DNA of 64,000 bases from Nitrospirota bacterium (GTDB lineage Bacteria; Nitrospirota; Thermodesulfovibrionia; Thermodesulfovibrionales; SM23-35), in NCBI GenBank assembly GCA_040756135.1, contig JBFLZS010000006.1, forward strand, positions 16,173 to 80,172. The letters are read 5' to 3'. The stretch's first letter is position 1; every line of letters starts with the position of its first letter. Below are positions 9,342 through 19,365 of the stretch, piece by piece. Position numbers and translations under genes: made by a program. The notes under the pieces were generated by a model. That model was not told the origin of the DNA and ran no database searches. It saw only the letters and a list, made by a program, of their open reading frames with translations.

Positions 9342-9450
9342 ATAAAAAATAGAGGCTCTTGCAAAAATGGCAATAGTCAAGAGGGAAGGTTATTGTTCAA
9401 GCTATAGATGTTCTTGATTTTGAGATTATTAGAGCAAATATGGATTAGAA

Positions 9451-11523
9451 ATGCAGAAGAAATTGCGTGAAGCAGAAGAGCGGGCTGAACACAAGTGCGC
9501 AGAAGAGTCGCTCAAGGCAAGCGAGAACAAGTACAGGACACTGGTTGAAAATCTTCCACAAAAGATATTTCTTAAGGATAAGAATTCAGTTTATGTCTCT
9601 TGTAATGAAAACTATGCTCGGGATTTAAAAATTAAATCTGATGAAATTACTGGTAAGACAGATTACGATTTTTATCCTGAGGAATTGGCTGAAAAGTACA
9701 GGGCAGATGATAAAAAAATTATGGAGTCAGGGAAGACAGAAGAGATTGAGGAAAAATATATCAAAGACGAACAAGAGTTTATTGTGTATACGGTTAGAAC
9801 TCCTGTTCAAGATGAGAAAGGTAATATCATTGGCATATTAGGTATTTTCTGGGATATCACCGAGCGCAAACGGATGGAAGAGGCCCTCAAAGGCTCTTAT
9901 GAATTCATTAAAACTGTCCTCGACAACATAAACGATGCCATCTCAATCATAGATGTCCATGATTTAAGGATTGTCGCAGTTAACAGGGCTTTCCTGAAAG
10001 AGTCTGGACTGGAAGAAAAAGATATTATAGGAAAAAAATGTCATGAAATAACTCATCACAGGCATGATAGATGCACACCGCCTGATGATATCTGTCCTCT
10101 TACGGATGCCGTAAAAGCAGGCGAACCCAAGGTAGTAGAGCATGTACATTATTCTAAAGATGGCGAGAAAATATATGTAGAAGTTTCTGCATTGCCTATA
10201 AAAGATAACAATGGAAATGTAATACAGGTTGTCCATGTATCAAGAGATATTACCGAGCGCAAGCGGACAGAAGATATGCTTTTGCAGGGTCAGGAAGAGA
10301 TGAAAATACTTAATGAATCCATTGAAATAACTAACATGGCACTTGATAAAGAAAGAAATGAGCTCCAAATTGCCATCGATGGAATCTCCCTGTATATACA
10401 ACAAGTAGTGGCTAAAAAAGATCTCAGTGTGAGGTGTAGCAATCCCAACCTGAAAAGGTGCTATGAGATAATGCAGTGTGCCAAAAAAGATTGTCCCTGC
10501 TATGGGAAGGAAGAAATGAGGTGCTGGCAGGTTGCAGGTACCTATTGTGGCGGAAAAGTGCAGGGAGTCTTTGCCGAAAAGTTCGGAAACTGTGTTGAAT
10601 GTCCTGTATTTAAATTTGCCACTTCAGACCCTGTCTACCAGATTGGCGAGCATTTTAACAACATGATGCATATACTTGATTTAAAGAACAGGGAACTTGA
10701 AAATGCATATACTCAACTCAAGGCAGCTCAATCACAGATTCTCCAGCAGGAGAAGATGGCATCAATAGGTCAGCTCGCAGCGGGGGTAGCGCATGAGATA
10801 AACAATCCGATAGGCTTTATATCAAGTAACCTCGGAACCCTCGATAAATATGTCATCAGGCTAAGCGAGTTCATCGATGCACAGTCTGAGTTTATAGAAG
10901 CTCTGAACGTAAAAGAGGCATTAGAGAAACTAAAGGAAAGGCGGAAAAAGCTAAAACTCGACTACATCACACAGGACATAAAAGAACTCATCAATGAATC
11001 CCTCGAAGGTGCCGAAAGGGTTAAAAAGATAGTGCAGGATCTGAAGAGCTTCTCAAGGGTGGATGAAGCAGATTATAAACATGCTGATATAAATGAATGT
11101 CTTGAAAGCACTATAAATATTGTCTGGAATGAGCTTAAATACAAAGTTACCCTGAGAAAGGAATACGGGGATATCCCTATGACAAAATGCAATCCCGGAC
11201 AGCTCAATCAGGTATTCATGAATATCCTGGTTAATGCAGCCCAGGCCATTGAAAAGCAGGGGGAAATTATAGTAAAGACATGGCATGATAACGGTTATAT
11301 AAATGTTTCTATCTCAGACACAGGCTGTGGAATACCTGAAGATAAACTTAGCAAGATATTTGATCCGTTCTTTACAACCAAAGAGGCGGGTAAAGGCACC
11401 GGACTGGGTCTGAGCATAACCTATGATATAGTGAAGAAACATAACGGAGAGATTACAGTCCAGAGCGAGGTGGGAAAGGGGACCACCTTTAATGTATTGA
11501 TACCTGTTGTGGAAGGGAGATAA
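9451..11523 (+). CDS. PAS-PAS-Cys-rich (two-CW-like) sensor histidine kinase
   Basis: Two PAS/PAC units ending DITERKR; Cys cluster [26 protein letters not shown]; AHEINNP, DTGCG, GTGLGL. Confidence 0.93.
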   Translation: MQKKLREAEERAEHKCAEESLKASENKYRTLVENLPQKIFLKDKNSVYVSCNENYARDLKIKSDEITGKTDYDFYPEELAEKYRADDKKIMESGKTEEIEEKYIKDEQEFIVYTVRTPVQDEKGNIIGILGIFWDITERKRMEEALKGSYEFIKTVLDNINDAISIIDVHDLRIVAVNRAFLKESGLEEKDIIGKKCHEITHHRHDRCTPPDDICPLTDAVKAGEPKVVEHVHYSKDGEKIYVEVSALPIKDNNGNVIQVVHVSRDITERKRTEDMLLQGQEEMKILNESIEITNMALDKERNELQIAIDGISLYIQQVVAKKDLSVRCSNPNLKRCYEIMQCAKKDCPCYGKEEMRCWQVAGTYCGGKVQGVFAEKFGNCVECPVFKFATSDPVYQIGEHFNNMMHILDLKNRELENAYTQLKAAQSQILQQEKMASIGQLAAGVAHEINNPIGFISSNLGTLDKYVIRLSEFIDAQSEFIEALNVKEALEKLKERRKKLKLDYITQDIKELINESLEGAERVKKIVQDLKSFSRVDEADYKHADINECLESTINIVWNELKYKVTLRKEYGDIPMTKCNPGQLNQVFMNILVNAAQAIEKQGEIIVKTWHDNGYINVSISDTGCGIPEDKLSKIFDPFFTTKEAGKGTGLGLSITYDIVKKHNGEITVQSEVGKGTTFNVLIPVVEGR

Positions 11524-11525
11524 TT

Positions 11526-12344
11526 ATGGAAGAAGAGTTCAGAATCCTCTGCGTTGATGATGAAAAAAATGTCCTGAGGGCTATCGAAAGGATATTTCTT
11601 GACGAAAATTATGAAGTCCTTTCCGCCTCTTCAGCAGATGAAGGGCTTGAGATCCTGAACACCGGCAAACCTGTCCAGATTGTCATATCCGACTACAGAA
11701 TGCCCGGGAAAAACGGAGTGGATTTCCTTAAGGAGGTGTGTGAGCGCTGGCCTGATACAGTCAGGATCGTGCTTTCAGGATATGCGGATGCCGCTTCTAT
11801 AGTCTCTGCCATAAACGATGGGCAGATATACAAGTTTATACCTAAGCCGTGGAATGATGATGAACTTAAGGTCACAATATCCAATGCCTTTGAACGTTAT
11901 TTTCTTCAGAAGAAAAATTTAGAACTTACCGAGGAACTCAGGAGAAGGAATGATGAGCTCAATGAGATAAATGATAACCTTGAGAAACTTGTCTCGGTGA
12001 GGAATGCCGAACTCGTGTTTCAAAATAAGGCGCTGATACGCTCTCAGAATATCCTGAATTCGCTCCCAATCGCTGTGCTCGGTATCGACACTGATGGAAT
12101 GATAGTGCAGTGTAATGAGAAGGGGCTGGAATTATTCGGCAGATACTCGAGAAATATCATCGGGATGGACAGGAAGGATTTGCTACCGTCAGTGTTAAAT
12201 GCATTTATTGAAAGGGTCTTTGAGAAAAGGGCTCTCTCGGGACATATCCTGATTGAAGGCACCGATATCAAGGTTAAAGGCATCTCCATGAGACAGCCTG
12301 ATGGTCAGGAGGGTATTATTTTAACCCTTGACAAAGAGGACTGA
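11526..12344 (+). CDS. Response regulator REC-coiled coil-PAS
   Basis: LCVDDE, ISDYRMP, FIPKPW; C-terminal PAS-like ILNSLPIAVLGIDTDG. Confidence 0.88.
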   Translation: MEEEFRILCVDDEKNVLRAIERIFLDENYEVLSASSADEGLEILNTGKPVQIVISDYRMPGKNGVDFLKEVCERWPDTVRIVLSGYADAASIVSAINDGQIYKFIPKPWNDDELKVTISNAFERYFLQKKNLELTEELRRRNDELNEINDNLEKLVSVRNAELVFQNKALIRSQNILNSLPIAVLGIDTDGMIVQCNEKGLELFGRYSRNIIGMDRKDLLPSVLNAFIERVFEKRALSGHILIEGTDIKVKGISMRQPDGQEGIILTLDKED

Positions 12345-12345
12345 G

Positions 12346-13644
12346 ATGGCTGAGAAGGTATTATTTGTTGACGATGAGGAGAATATACTTAGATCCCTCA
12401 GAAGATTATTAATGGATGAAGACTTTGAGGTTATAACAGCTAATTCGGGGGAAGAGGCATTAGAGATTCTTAAGAATAACCATGATATCGGCCTTATCGT
12501 ATCGGATCAGAGGATGCCAGGCCTGACAGGTGTAGATTTCCTCGAAAAGGCGAAGGAAATTGCACCTGATGCACTGAGGATTGTGCTCACAGGGTATGCG
12601 GATGTAAATGCTGCTATTGAAGCTATAAACAGAGGCGGGGCTTACAGGTATATAACAAAGCCGTGGAAGGATGAGGAGCTTATACAAGTCATAAGAGACG
12701 CAGTTCAGAGGTATTCCCTTATAACCGAAAACAAAAGACTTACAGAGATTATAAAAAGGCAGAATGAAGAACTAAAAAACTGGAATACCCAGCTTGAGGT
12801 TAGGGTACAGGAACAGACAATTGACATACAGAACCAGAATAAGACGCTCCAGGAATTAAATGAGCAGCTTAAAAGAAATTTCAGAAACTCTATAGAGGCA
12901 TTTTCAGGCATGATCGAGATGCGTGATAAAACTGTGTCAAGCCACTCAAAGAATGTAGCAGCACTTGCAAGGCAGACCGCTCTTTCAATGTCACTGCCTG
13001 AACATGACATCAGCAATATCTTTGTGGCAGCCCTTCTGCACGATATCGGCAAGATAGGTATCCCGGATTCAATCCTTATGAAGGATACGGATACACTCAA
13101 TGACTACGAGAGAAAGGAATATGAACTGCACCCGATAAGAGGACAGGTGGCAATAGATTCAATCGAAGGGTTTCAGGAAGTTGGCATACTTATCCGGCAT
13201 CATCACGAGCGTGTTGACGGCCTTGGATACCCTGATGGTCTCAAGAAAAAGGCTATCCCTGTTGGCAGCCGTATTATAGCCCTTGCGGATGCCTTTGACA
13301 GGATAGCCAATAGCAGCTTTTCTTCTGCAAGAGGAAATTACGAAAAGATTATAAGTGAGATCGAGTTTTATCTTGACACAAAGTTCGATCGCATAGCATT
13401 TCAGTCTATGCGACCGATTGTTAAAAAACATATATCGTATGCACAGGGGTACCTGGATGAAGTTGAAATCCATCCTGATAAGCTTATGCCTGGAATGGTC
13501 TTATCACGTGATGTCAGAAGCGGAACAGGTTTGCTCCTCCTTGCCCACGGGGTTGTTCTGGATCAGAAAGTTATCAGGGGTCTACAACGTTACTATGAAA
13601 TAGACCCTTTTAAAAATGGGATATTTGTTAGAAGAAATAAATGA
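12346..13644 (+). CDS. REC-HD-GYP phosphodiesterase
   Basis: LFVDDE, VSDQRMP, LHDIGK, HHHERVDGLGYP; ATG 12346 follows AGAGGA. Confidence 0.92.
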   Translation: MAEKVLFVDDEENILRSLRRLLMDEDFEVITANSGEEALEILKNNHDIGLIVSDQRMPGLTGVDFLEKAKEIAPDALRIVLTGYADVNAAIEAINRGGAYRYITKPWKDEELIQVIRDAVQRYSLITENKRLTEIIKRQNEELKNWNTQLEVRVQEQTIDIQNQNKTLQELNEQLKRNFRNSIEAFSGMIEMRDKTVSSHSKNVAALARQTALSMSLPEHDISNIFVAALLHDIGKIGIPDSILMKDTDTLNDYERKEYELHPIRGQVAIDSIEGFQEVGILIRHHHERVDGLGYPDGLKKKAIPVGSRIIALADAFDRIANSSFSSARGNYEKIISEIEFYLDTKFDRIAFQSMRPIVKKHISYAQGYLDEVEIHPDKLMPGMVLSRDVRSGTGLLLLAHGVVLDQKVIRGLQRYYEIDPFKNGIFVRRNK

Positions 13645-13668
13645 GATAATTATTTAATAGGTATTTAT

Positions 13669-14328
13669 ATGATCGAGTACGATGAGTTAGAACAGAAAAT
13701 GGTCATGAAGTTGGTCTACTATGGCCCTGCGCTATCGGGCAAGACCACAAATCTGCTCAGGCTTCATGACCTTTTAGCGCATGAGGGAAGAGGGGACCTC
13801 ATGGTACTTGATACAAAGGATGACAGGACCATCTTCTTCGATCTGCTTCCATTTTTCCTTACTGCACCCAGTGGCCTGAAGATAAAGGTAAAAGTTTATA
13901 CAGTGCCGGGACAGGTAAGGCATGATGCAACAAGAAAGGCAGTGCTTCAGAGGGCAGACGGCGTAGCATTTATTGCAGACTCCCGGTTGTCTGAAAAGAC
14001 GAATAACTTTGAGAGTTTCGAAAACCTTGAGAAGAATCTTGCCATAGTCGGCCTCGAGATTGAGAAGATTCCCCTGGTTATTCAATTTAACAAAAGGGAC
14101 CTGAAGGATATTGTCCCTGAATCTGATATAAAACATATATGGGGACCTACAGGGATTCCTATATTTATGGCATCAGCCCTTGAAGGATGGGGTGTTATTG
14201 AAACCTTCAGCAGGCTTGCCGATCTGACATACGACAGGATTGATAAAAGGTACGGGCTTGGAGAGAATCATGGTCTTGATAAAGAAACCTTTGTGAAGAC
14301 GTTAACCCATAAGGCACAGGAGGTATGA
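13669..14328 (+). CDS. MglA-family small Ras-like GTPase
   Basis: KLVYYGPALSGKTTNL, RTIFFDLLP, YTVPGQV and QFNKRD match the MglA G1/switch/G3/G4 motifs. Confidence 0.9.
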   Translation: MIEYDELEQKMVMKLVYYGPALSGKTTNLLRLHDLLAHEGRGDLMVLDTKDDRTIFFDLLPFFLTAPSGLKIKVKVYTVPGQVRHDATRKAVLQRADGVAFIADSRLSEKTNNFESFENLEKNLAIVGLEIEKIPLVIQFNKRDLKDIVPESDIKHIWGPTGIPIFMASALEGWGVIETFSRLADLTYDRIDKRYGLGENHGLDKETFVKTLTHKAQEV

Positions 14329-14358
14329 TCAGGTCAGGAGGCTGCTAAAGGAAAACAA

Positions 14359-15726
14359 ATGGAAAAAGGACAAAATAATCCCGGTAATATCGAATATGTT
14401 ATAGGTTCTGAAAAAACTCTCAAAGAGATAATCTCAGAAGCTGAGGTTATACCGCTTTTGAAAAGTGCTGTAAGGGCAGGGGCATCAAAGGCCATGGTAA
14501 TCAATCCTGACGGTAAAATTATATGGACATACAGTAATCATATTAAAGACAGGACTGTTAGTGAAACATTAACATTGCCCCTCTATCTTGAAGGGGAGAT
14601 TGTCGGTAACGTGGTTATCAAAGGTGACAGCAAAGAAAGGGACTATCTCAAAGGACTTTCAGGGATGTTACTTGATGCATTGAATATAATAATAAATAAC
14701 AACTTGAAAAGGATGCTCACCACAGAGATACATACAACAGTAGTTAATCGGTCTTATGAGGAGCTTGTCGAGACAAACACCAGATTAAAAATATCAGAGG
14801 CCAGATACCGGGAACTCGCACAGAACCTTGAGAAAAAGGTTCAGGAGCGCACTGAGGAACTTAAACATGTTTATGCCAGGCTCCTGCAGCAGGAAAAAAT
14901 GGCATCTGTTGGTCAACTCGCTGCCGGCGTGGCTCATGAGATAAATAATCCAATGGGTTTCATAACAAGCAATATTAATACCTTTGGTAAATACATCAGT
15001 AAACTCAAAGAGATGATCGAATTCTATAGAACAATAAACCATGACTCGAGTAAGGCAGAAAAACTTTATGAAAGATTAAAAATTGACTTTATCATGAATG
15101 ATATACCTCATTTAATCAGGCAGAGCATAGATGGCGCTGAAAGGGTCAAAAAGATAGTCTCAGACCTGAAAGGGTTTTCTCATATTGATGACGCCTGCGA
15201 AACTATGATTGATATCAACAGAGAGATTGACAGAACCATCAGTGTACTTGCCCATGAGATACCTGAAGACGCCGGGATAATAAGGGACTACCATGAATTG
15301 CCTGAATTTATCTGCAATCCCGCACTCATCTGCCAGGTATTCCTTAACATTATCCTTAATGCGATTCAGACAAAAAGAGAAGGACTGAAACTCACGATAT
15401 CTACAGTCTTCGAAGACGGCAATATCAGGATACGTTTTTCGGACAATGGGCCTGGCATTACAGAGGATCTCAGGAAACGGGTATTTGAGCCATTTTTCAC
15501 AACCAAAGATGTTGGTAAAGGTACAGGGCTGGGCCTTACCGTGGCATATGAAATTATTACTGCATATGGCGGCACTATTGATGTAGAAAGCCTGCCAGGA
15601 GAAGGCGCCACTTTTGTTATACGGCTGCCACTAAAAAGGACACAAAAAATGATTCATGATACAGGATACAGAATTAAGAATAACCAGAATAACAAGCCTT
15701 TCATCGTGCATTATGGAGACATATGA
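14359..15726 (+). CDS. Cytoplasmic histidine kinase with N-terminal PocR/GAF-like domain
   Basis: [40 protein letters not shown]. Confidence 0.92.
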   Translation: MEKGQNNPGNIEYVIGSEKTLKEIISEAEVIPLLKSAVRAGASKAMVINPDGKIIWTYSNHIKDRTVSETLTLPLYLEGEIVGNVVIKGDSKERDYLKGLSGMLLDALNIIINNNLKRMLTTEIHTTVVNRSYEELVETNTRLKISEARYRELAQNLEKKVQERTEELKHVYARLLQQEKMASVGQLAAGVAHEINNPMGFITSNINTFGKYISKLKEMIEFYRTINHDSSKAEKLYERLKIDFIMNDIPHLIRQSIDGAERVKKIVSDLKGFSHIDDACETMIDINREIDRTISVLAHEIPEDAGIIRDYHELPEFICNPALICQVFLNIILNAIQTKREGLKLTISTVFEDGNIRIRFSDNGPGITEDLRKRVFEPFFTTKDVGKGTGLGLTVAYEIITAYGGTIDVESLPGEGATFVIRLPLKRTQKMIHDTGYRIKNNQNNKPFIVHYGDI

Positions 15727-18161
15727 TGTCTAAGTACGCTGAACTATTCAGGAATTTAGCGAACAGCGAGCATCTGATTGCGTCTCAAGAAGACTCTACA
15801 GATGACAGCTATGATAAGAGGAAGGAAGGGTTTACCCTTCTCTTTGTTGATGATGAACTTAACGTACTTAATGCCCTGAGGAGGATATTTATTGAGGAGA
15901 ATTATGAAATCTTCACAGCCACATCTGCTGATGAGGCACTTCATATAATGGAAAAAGAAAAGGTCCATCTGGTCATATCAGACCACAGAATGCCTAAAAT
16001 GACAGGGGCTGAATTCCTTAAAGAGATAAAGCTGAAATGGCCTGAAACTATACGGATAATGCTTACAGGTTATGCTGATGTACAGTCCATCATGGGCGCT
16101 GTTAATGAGGGCGCTGTATACAAATTCATTACAAAACCTTGGAATGATGAAGACCTCAGGTTAACAGTAAGCCTTGCCCTCCAGCAGTACGTACTTATTC
16201 AGGAAAATAAGAAATTGAAAGAGATTACAAGGAAACAGCAGCTTAAGATAAAAAATTATTCCGCCCTCTTTGATGAAGATAGGGGAATTATAGGAAATAT
16301 CCTTCTTAAATCAGGGGTAATAAAGAAGGAAGAGCTTGACAGGGCGACTGAAGAAAGATCGGGGGGTGAGTTGCTGGGCGAGACACTTGTAAGACTCGGC
16401 TTAACGACTGAATCAAGGATAGCCGCGGCACTCCAGAAACATCTGAATATAGAATATATTGACCTAAAAGAGATGCGCCTCAACCCTGAAGTTGTGAGAT
16501 TTTTGCCGAAGGAACTCTGTGAGAAAAACCGGTTTATCCCTGTAAGGTTTGATAGTAAAAAGATTACCATAGCAATGGCTGACCCTTCAGACATCTTCAA
16601 ATGTGACAATATCTCATTTATGACAGGGCTGAAGGTAATACCTCTTATTGCAACAAGCTCGGATATCTTGCTGCAACTTAAGAAGATTTATGGAGACATG
16701 AAGCAGGTACCTGCAGATACAGACACAATCCCTGAGATAGAACCACTCGATGAGATTGATATTATTATTGAGGAAGAGGAAAAGGAATTTAGCGTCCAGG
16801 AAGTTATCAGCTCCTCAGAGGTGCCCCCTATCATAAGAGTAGTAAATGCTATCATCTCAGAGGCTGTTCGCTATAAGGCAAGCGACATTCATATCGAACC
16901 CAAGACAAAATATACACTGATACGTTACAGAATCGATGGGCTGCTTCATAACAAGATAAAGATTCCATCCGACCTCCATCCTGCCACTATATCAAGGATC
17001 AAGATACTGGCCAAAATGGATATTTCTGAGAAGCGAAGGCCTCAGGACGGCAGGATAACAGTAAAATCAGGCACCAAGATAGTGGACATCAGGGTCTCTT
17101 CTATGCCAACAATAAACGGAGAAAAAGTTGTAATGAGAATACTGGACAAAAGTGCTGCTATAAGGATGCTTAATGATCTGGGAGTGCTTCCGGATGACCT
17201 TAAGAAGCTTAATAATGCAATTAAAAAACCCCAGGGCATTATTATCTCAACAGGACCTACCGGCAGCGGAAAGACTACAACGCTCTATTCCATATTGAAT
17301 GAAATGCTCCAGAGCACAAAAAATTTTGAGACAATTGAAGACCCTGTCGAGTATTTCCTTGAGGAAGCCAACCAGATTTATGTCCGGGATAAGATCGGCC
17401 TGTCATTTGCTTCTGTACTACGTTCAACCATGAGGCAAGATCCTGATGTAATATTAGTGGGAGAGATAAGAGATTATGAGACTGCAGATGTGGCTTTCAA
17501 GGCTGCGCTTACCGGTCACATGGTTTTGACAACATTGCATACAAATAACTCTATTGCATCTATAACCCGACTGATAGATCTGGGTGTAAAGCCTTATCTT
17601 ATAGCCTCTGCCCTTGAAGTTATCCTGGCGCAGAGGCTCGTGAGAAAAGTCTGCAAATACTGCAGGGTTGAGGTGCCCACGGATAGAGAGATGTTGGAGT
17701 TGTTAAAAATCCCTGTAGAGTCTATCGGAGAAAAATCCTTTAAGGGTTCAGGATGTGACAGGTGCAACCATTCAGGCTATCTCGGAAGGACAGGAATTTT
17801 TGAGGTCTTTATTATGGCTGATGATTTCAGACAATTCATCAGCAGCAACTATAAAGAGTCAGAATTGATGAACCTGGCACGGTTAAGCGGTATGAGAACC
17901 CTTATCGATGACGGGATAGAAAAAGTGAGGCGTGGAGAGACAACTATTGATGAGATCATCAGAGTTATAGGTCCCCAGACAAAATATGAGTATAGTTGCA
18001 AAAATTGCCAGAGGATGATTGAAGCGAAGTTTCTCTTCTGCCCCTACTGTGGATCATTCAAACAGAACTTCTGCAAAAACTGCAAGATGCCCCTTGAAGA
18101 AGACTGGAGCATCTGTCCGTTCTGCGGAGGTTCAATTATGATAGCAAATAGTATTAAATGA
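15723..18161 (+). CDS. REC-MshEN-PilB/GspE ATPase with C-terminal double zinc ribbon
   Basis: REC (LFVDDE, ISDHRMP, FITKPW); MshEN-like IGNILLKSG...LGETLVRLG; ASDIHIEP, GPTGSGKT, TIEDPVE, RQDPDVILVGEIRD, LHTN; CxxC pairs at the C-terminus. Confidence 0.93.
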   Translation: MMSKYAELFRNLANSEHLIASQEDSTDDSYDKRKEGFTLLFVDDELNVLNALRRIFIEENYEIFTATSADEALHIMEKEKVHLVISDHRMPKMTGAEFLKEIKLKWPETIRIMLTGYADVQSIMGAVNEGAVYKFITKPWNDEDLRLTVSLALQQYVLIQENKKLKEITRKQQLKIKNYSALFDEDRGIIGNILLKSGVIKKEELDRATEERSGGELLGETLVRLGLTTESRIAAALQKHLNIEYIDLKEMRLNPEVVRFLPKELCEKNRFIPVRFDSKKITIAMADPSDIFKCDNISFMTGLKVIPLIATSSDILLQLKKIYGDMKQVPADTDTIPEIEPLDEIDIIIEEEEKEFSVQEVISSSEVPPIIRVVNAIISEAVRYKASDIHIEPKTKYTLIRYRIDGLLHNKIKIPSDLHPATISRIKILAKMDISEKRRPQDGRITVKSGTKIVDIRVSSMPTINGEKVVMRILDKSAAIRMLNDLGVLPDDLKKLNNAIKKPQGIIISTGPTGSGKTTTLYSILNEMLQSTKNFETIEDPVEYFLEEANQIYVRDKIGLSFASVLRSTMRQDPDVILVGEIRDYETADVAFKAALTGHMVLTTLHTNNSIASITRLIDLGVKPYLIASALEVILAQRLVRKVCKYCRVEVPTDREMLELLKIPVESIGEKSFKGSGCDRCNHSGYLGRTGIFEVFIMADDFRQFISSNYKESELMNLARLSGMRTLIDDGIEKVRRGETTIDEIIRVIGPQTKYEYSCKNCQRMIEAKFLFCPYCGSFKQNFCKNCKMPLEEDWSICPFCGGSIMIANSIK

Positions 18162-18499
18162 AACATATTCCTATCGAAGAAACAGTGCAAGGAATGATCC
18201 TTGCGGGGGATATTTTAAGTACAACCGGTCAACTTCTGGTTGCAAAAGGTACAGCGCTCAACGGGTCTGTGATAAAAAGCCTTATCCGTCATGGAATAAA
18301 TAGGATACCAGTTCAATCTGAAGAAGATAAAATGGAGCCATTCTCAGAGGATGAAATATTAAAGGCAGAGGAGATATGCAGGGAAAGGGTGCTCGGGCGG
18401 TTTTATGAAATACCTTCCGACCCCATGATGAAGGTCTTATATGAGACAGCCTTAAGGATTGAAGCGATGGAGTATCTGAGATGCAGGAAAAAAGGATAG
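18158..18499 (+). CDS. Hypothetical protein with GMILAxD..G.LL..G beta motif (as in HD-GYP accessory domains)
   Basis: Overlaps both neighbours; motif shared with the C-terminus of the 12346 protein. Confidence 0.7.
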   Translation: MKHIPIEETVQGMILAGDILSTTGQLLVAKGTALNGSVIKSLIRHGINRIPVQSEEDKMEPFSEDEILKAEEICRERVLGRFYEIPSDPMMKVLYETALRIEAMEYLRCRKKG

Positions 18500-19353
18500 A
18501 AAAAATTATCAAAGGCATTGAAGACATTCCGACATTACCATATGTTGTATTTCGGATTAACAATGCATTGGGAAATGACTCTGTCACAACAAATGCAGTA
18601 AGCGAAATAATCGAGAAAGACCCTTCTCTTACATCAAGGGTGCTGAGGCTTGCAAACTCAAGTTATTACGGCCTTTCTTGCCGTGTGGATACTATTCCAA
18701 GGGCTATAACCGTTCTTGGTTTTAACACGATCAGGAACCTTGCATTCACTACAGAGGTGTTTAAAATATTTAATAAGAATATATCTTTGCCGCTCGATAT
18801 CAAAGGCCTCTGGTATCACAGCCTCGGCTGTGCCATAGCCTCAAAGTCATTAATCCATAAAAATGATCCCATATTGGAGGAAAAGGTATTTATCTGCGGT
18901 ATACTTCATGACATTGGGAAAATAATTATCGCTCAGAATATACCAGACCTTCTTGAGGAGGTTTTAAAAGAGATTAAAGATAATAGAGACCTTACGCTGT
19001 GTGATGCTGAAAAAAACATAATAGGGTATACCCATTCAGAAGTTGGGTCACTTGTTGCAGAAAAATGGCATTTTCCAAAAGAACTGTCAAACATAATAAG
19101 GTTTCACCACAGCCCTTCTCTTGTGAATCCATTTATTGACATATCAGATTACACTCTCCTGCATAATGCGGTATACGCCGGGAATCAGATAGCAAAAGCC
19201 ATAGTACTTGGTAAAAGTACCGATGAAAGAGTAAGCGCCATTCACCCGTCAACACGGAATTCCTTCGGTATTTCTGAGAAGGAATTGCCGGAGACCCTTT
19301 TCAGGATAAAGTTGGACTTTGACAGTGTAGTGAATTCATGGGAACTGGAATGA
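18481..19353 (+). CDS. HDOD-domain protein
   Basis: IPTLP, DPSLTSRVLRLANSSYY, WYHS, LHDIGK, WHFP, HHSP. Confidence 0.93.
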   Translation: MQEKRIEKIIKGIEDIPTLPYVVFRINNALGNDSVTTNAVSEIIEKDPSLTSRVLRLANSSYYGLSCRVDTIPRAITVLGFNTIRNLAFTTEVFKIFNKNISLPLDIKGLWYHSLGCAIASKSLIHKNDPILEEKVFICGILHDIGKIIIAQNIPDLLEEVLKEIKDNRDLTLCDAEKNIIGYTHSEVGSLVAEKWHFPKELSNIIRFHHSPSLVNPFIDISDYTLLHNAVYAGNQIAKAIVLGKSTDERVSAIHPSTRNSFGISEKELPETLFRIKLDFDSVVNSWELE

Positions 19354-19365
19354 AGAGCGCTAAAA

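Noticed and set aside
9367-9450. Possible lost N-terminal part of the 9451 kinase (pseudogene remnant)
   Set aside because: The kinase starts with a PAS-linker-like segment, but the upstream frames have several stops and no recognisable domain
9342-9450. c-di-GMP riboswitch upstream of the signalling or flagellar genes
   Set aside because: No GEMM-like GCAAA/GNRA-receptor architecture was recognisable by eye; an Infernal scan would be needed
15723-18161. Complete type IV pilus/T2SS locus
   Set aside because: Only the ATPase is present; no platform, pilin, secretin or peptidase genes in the window
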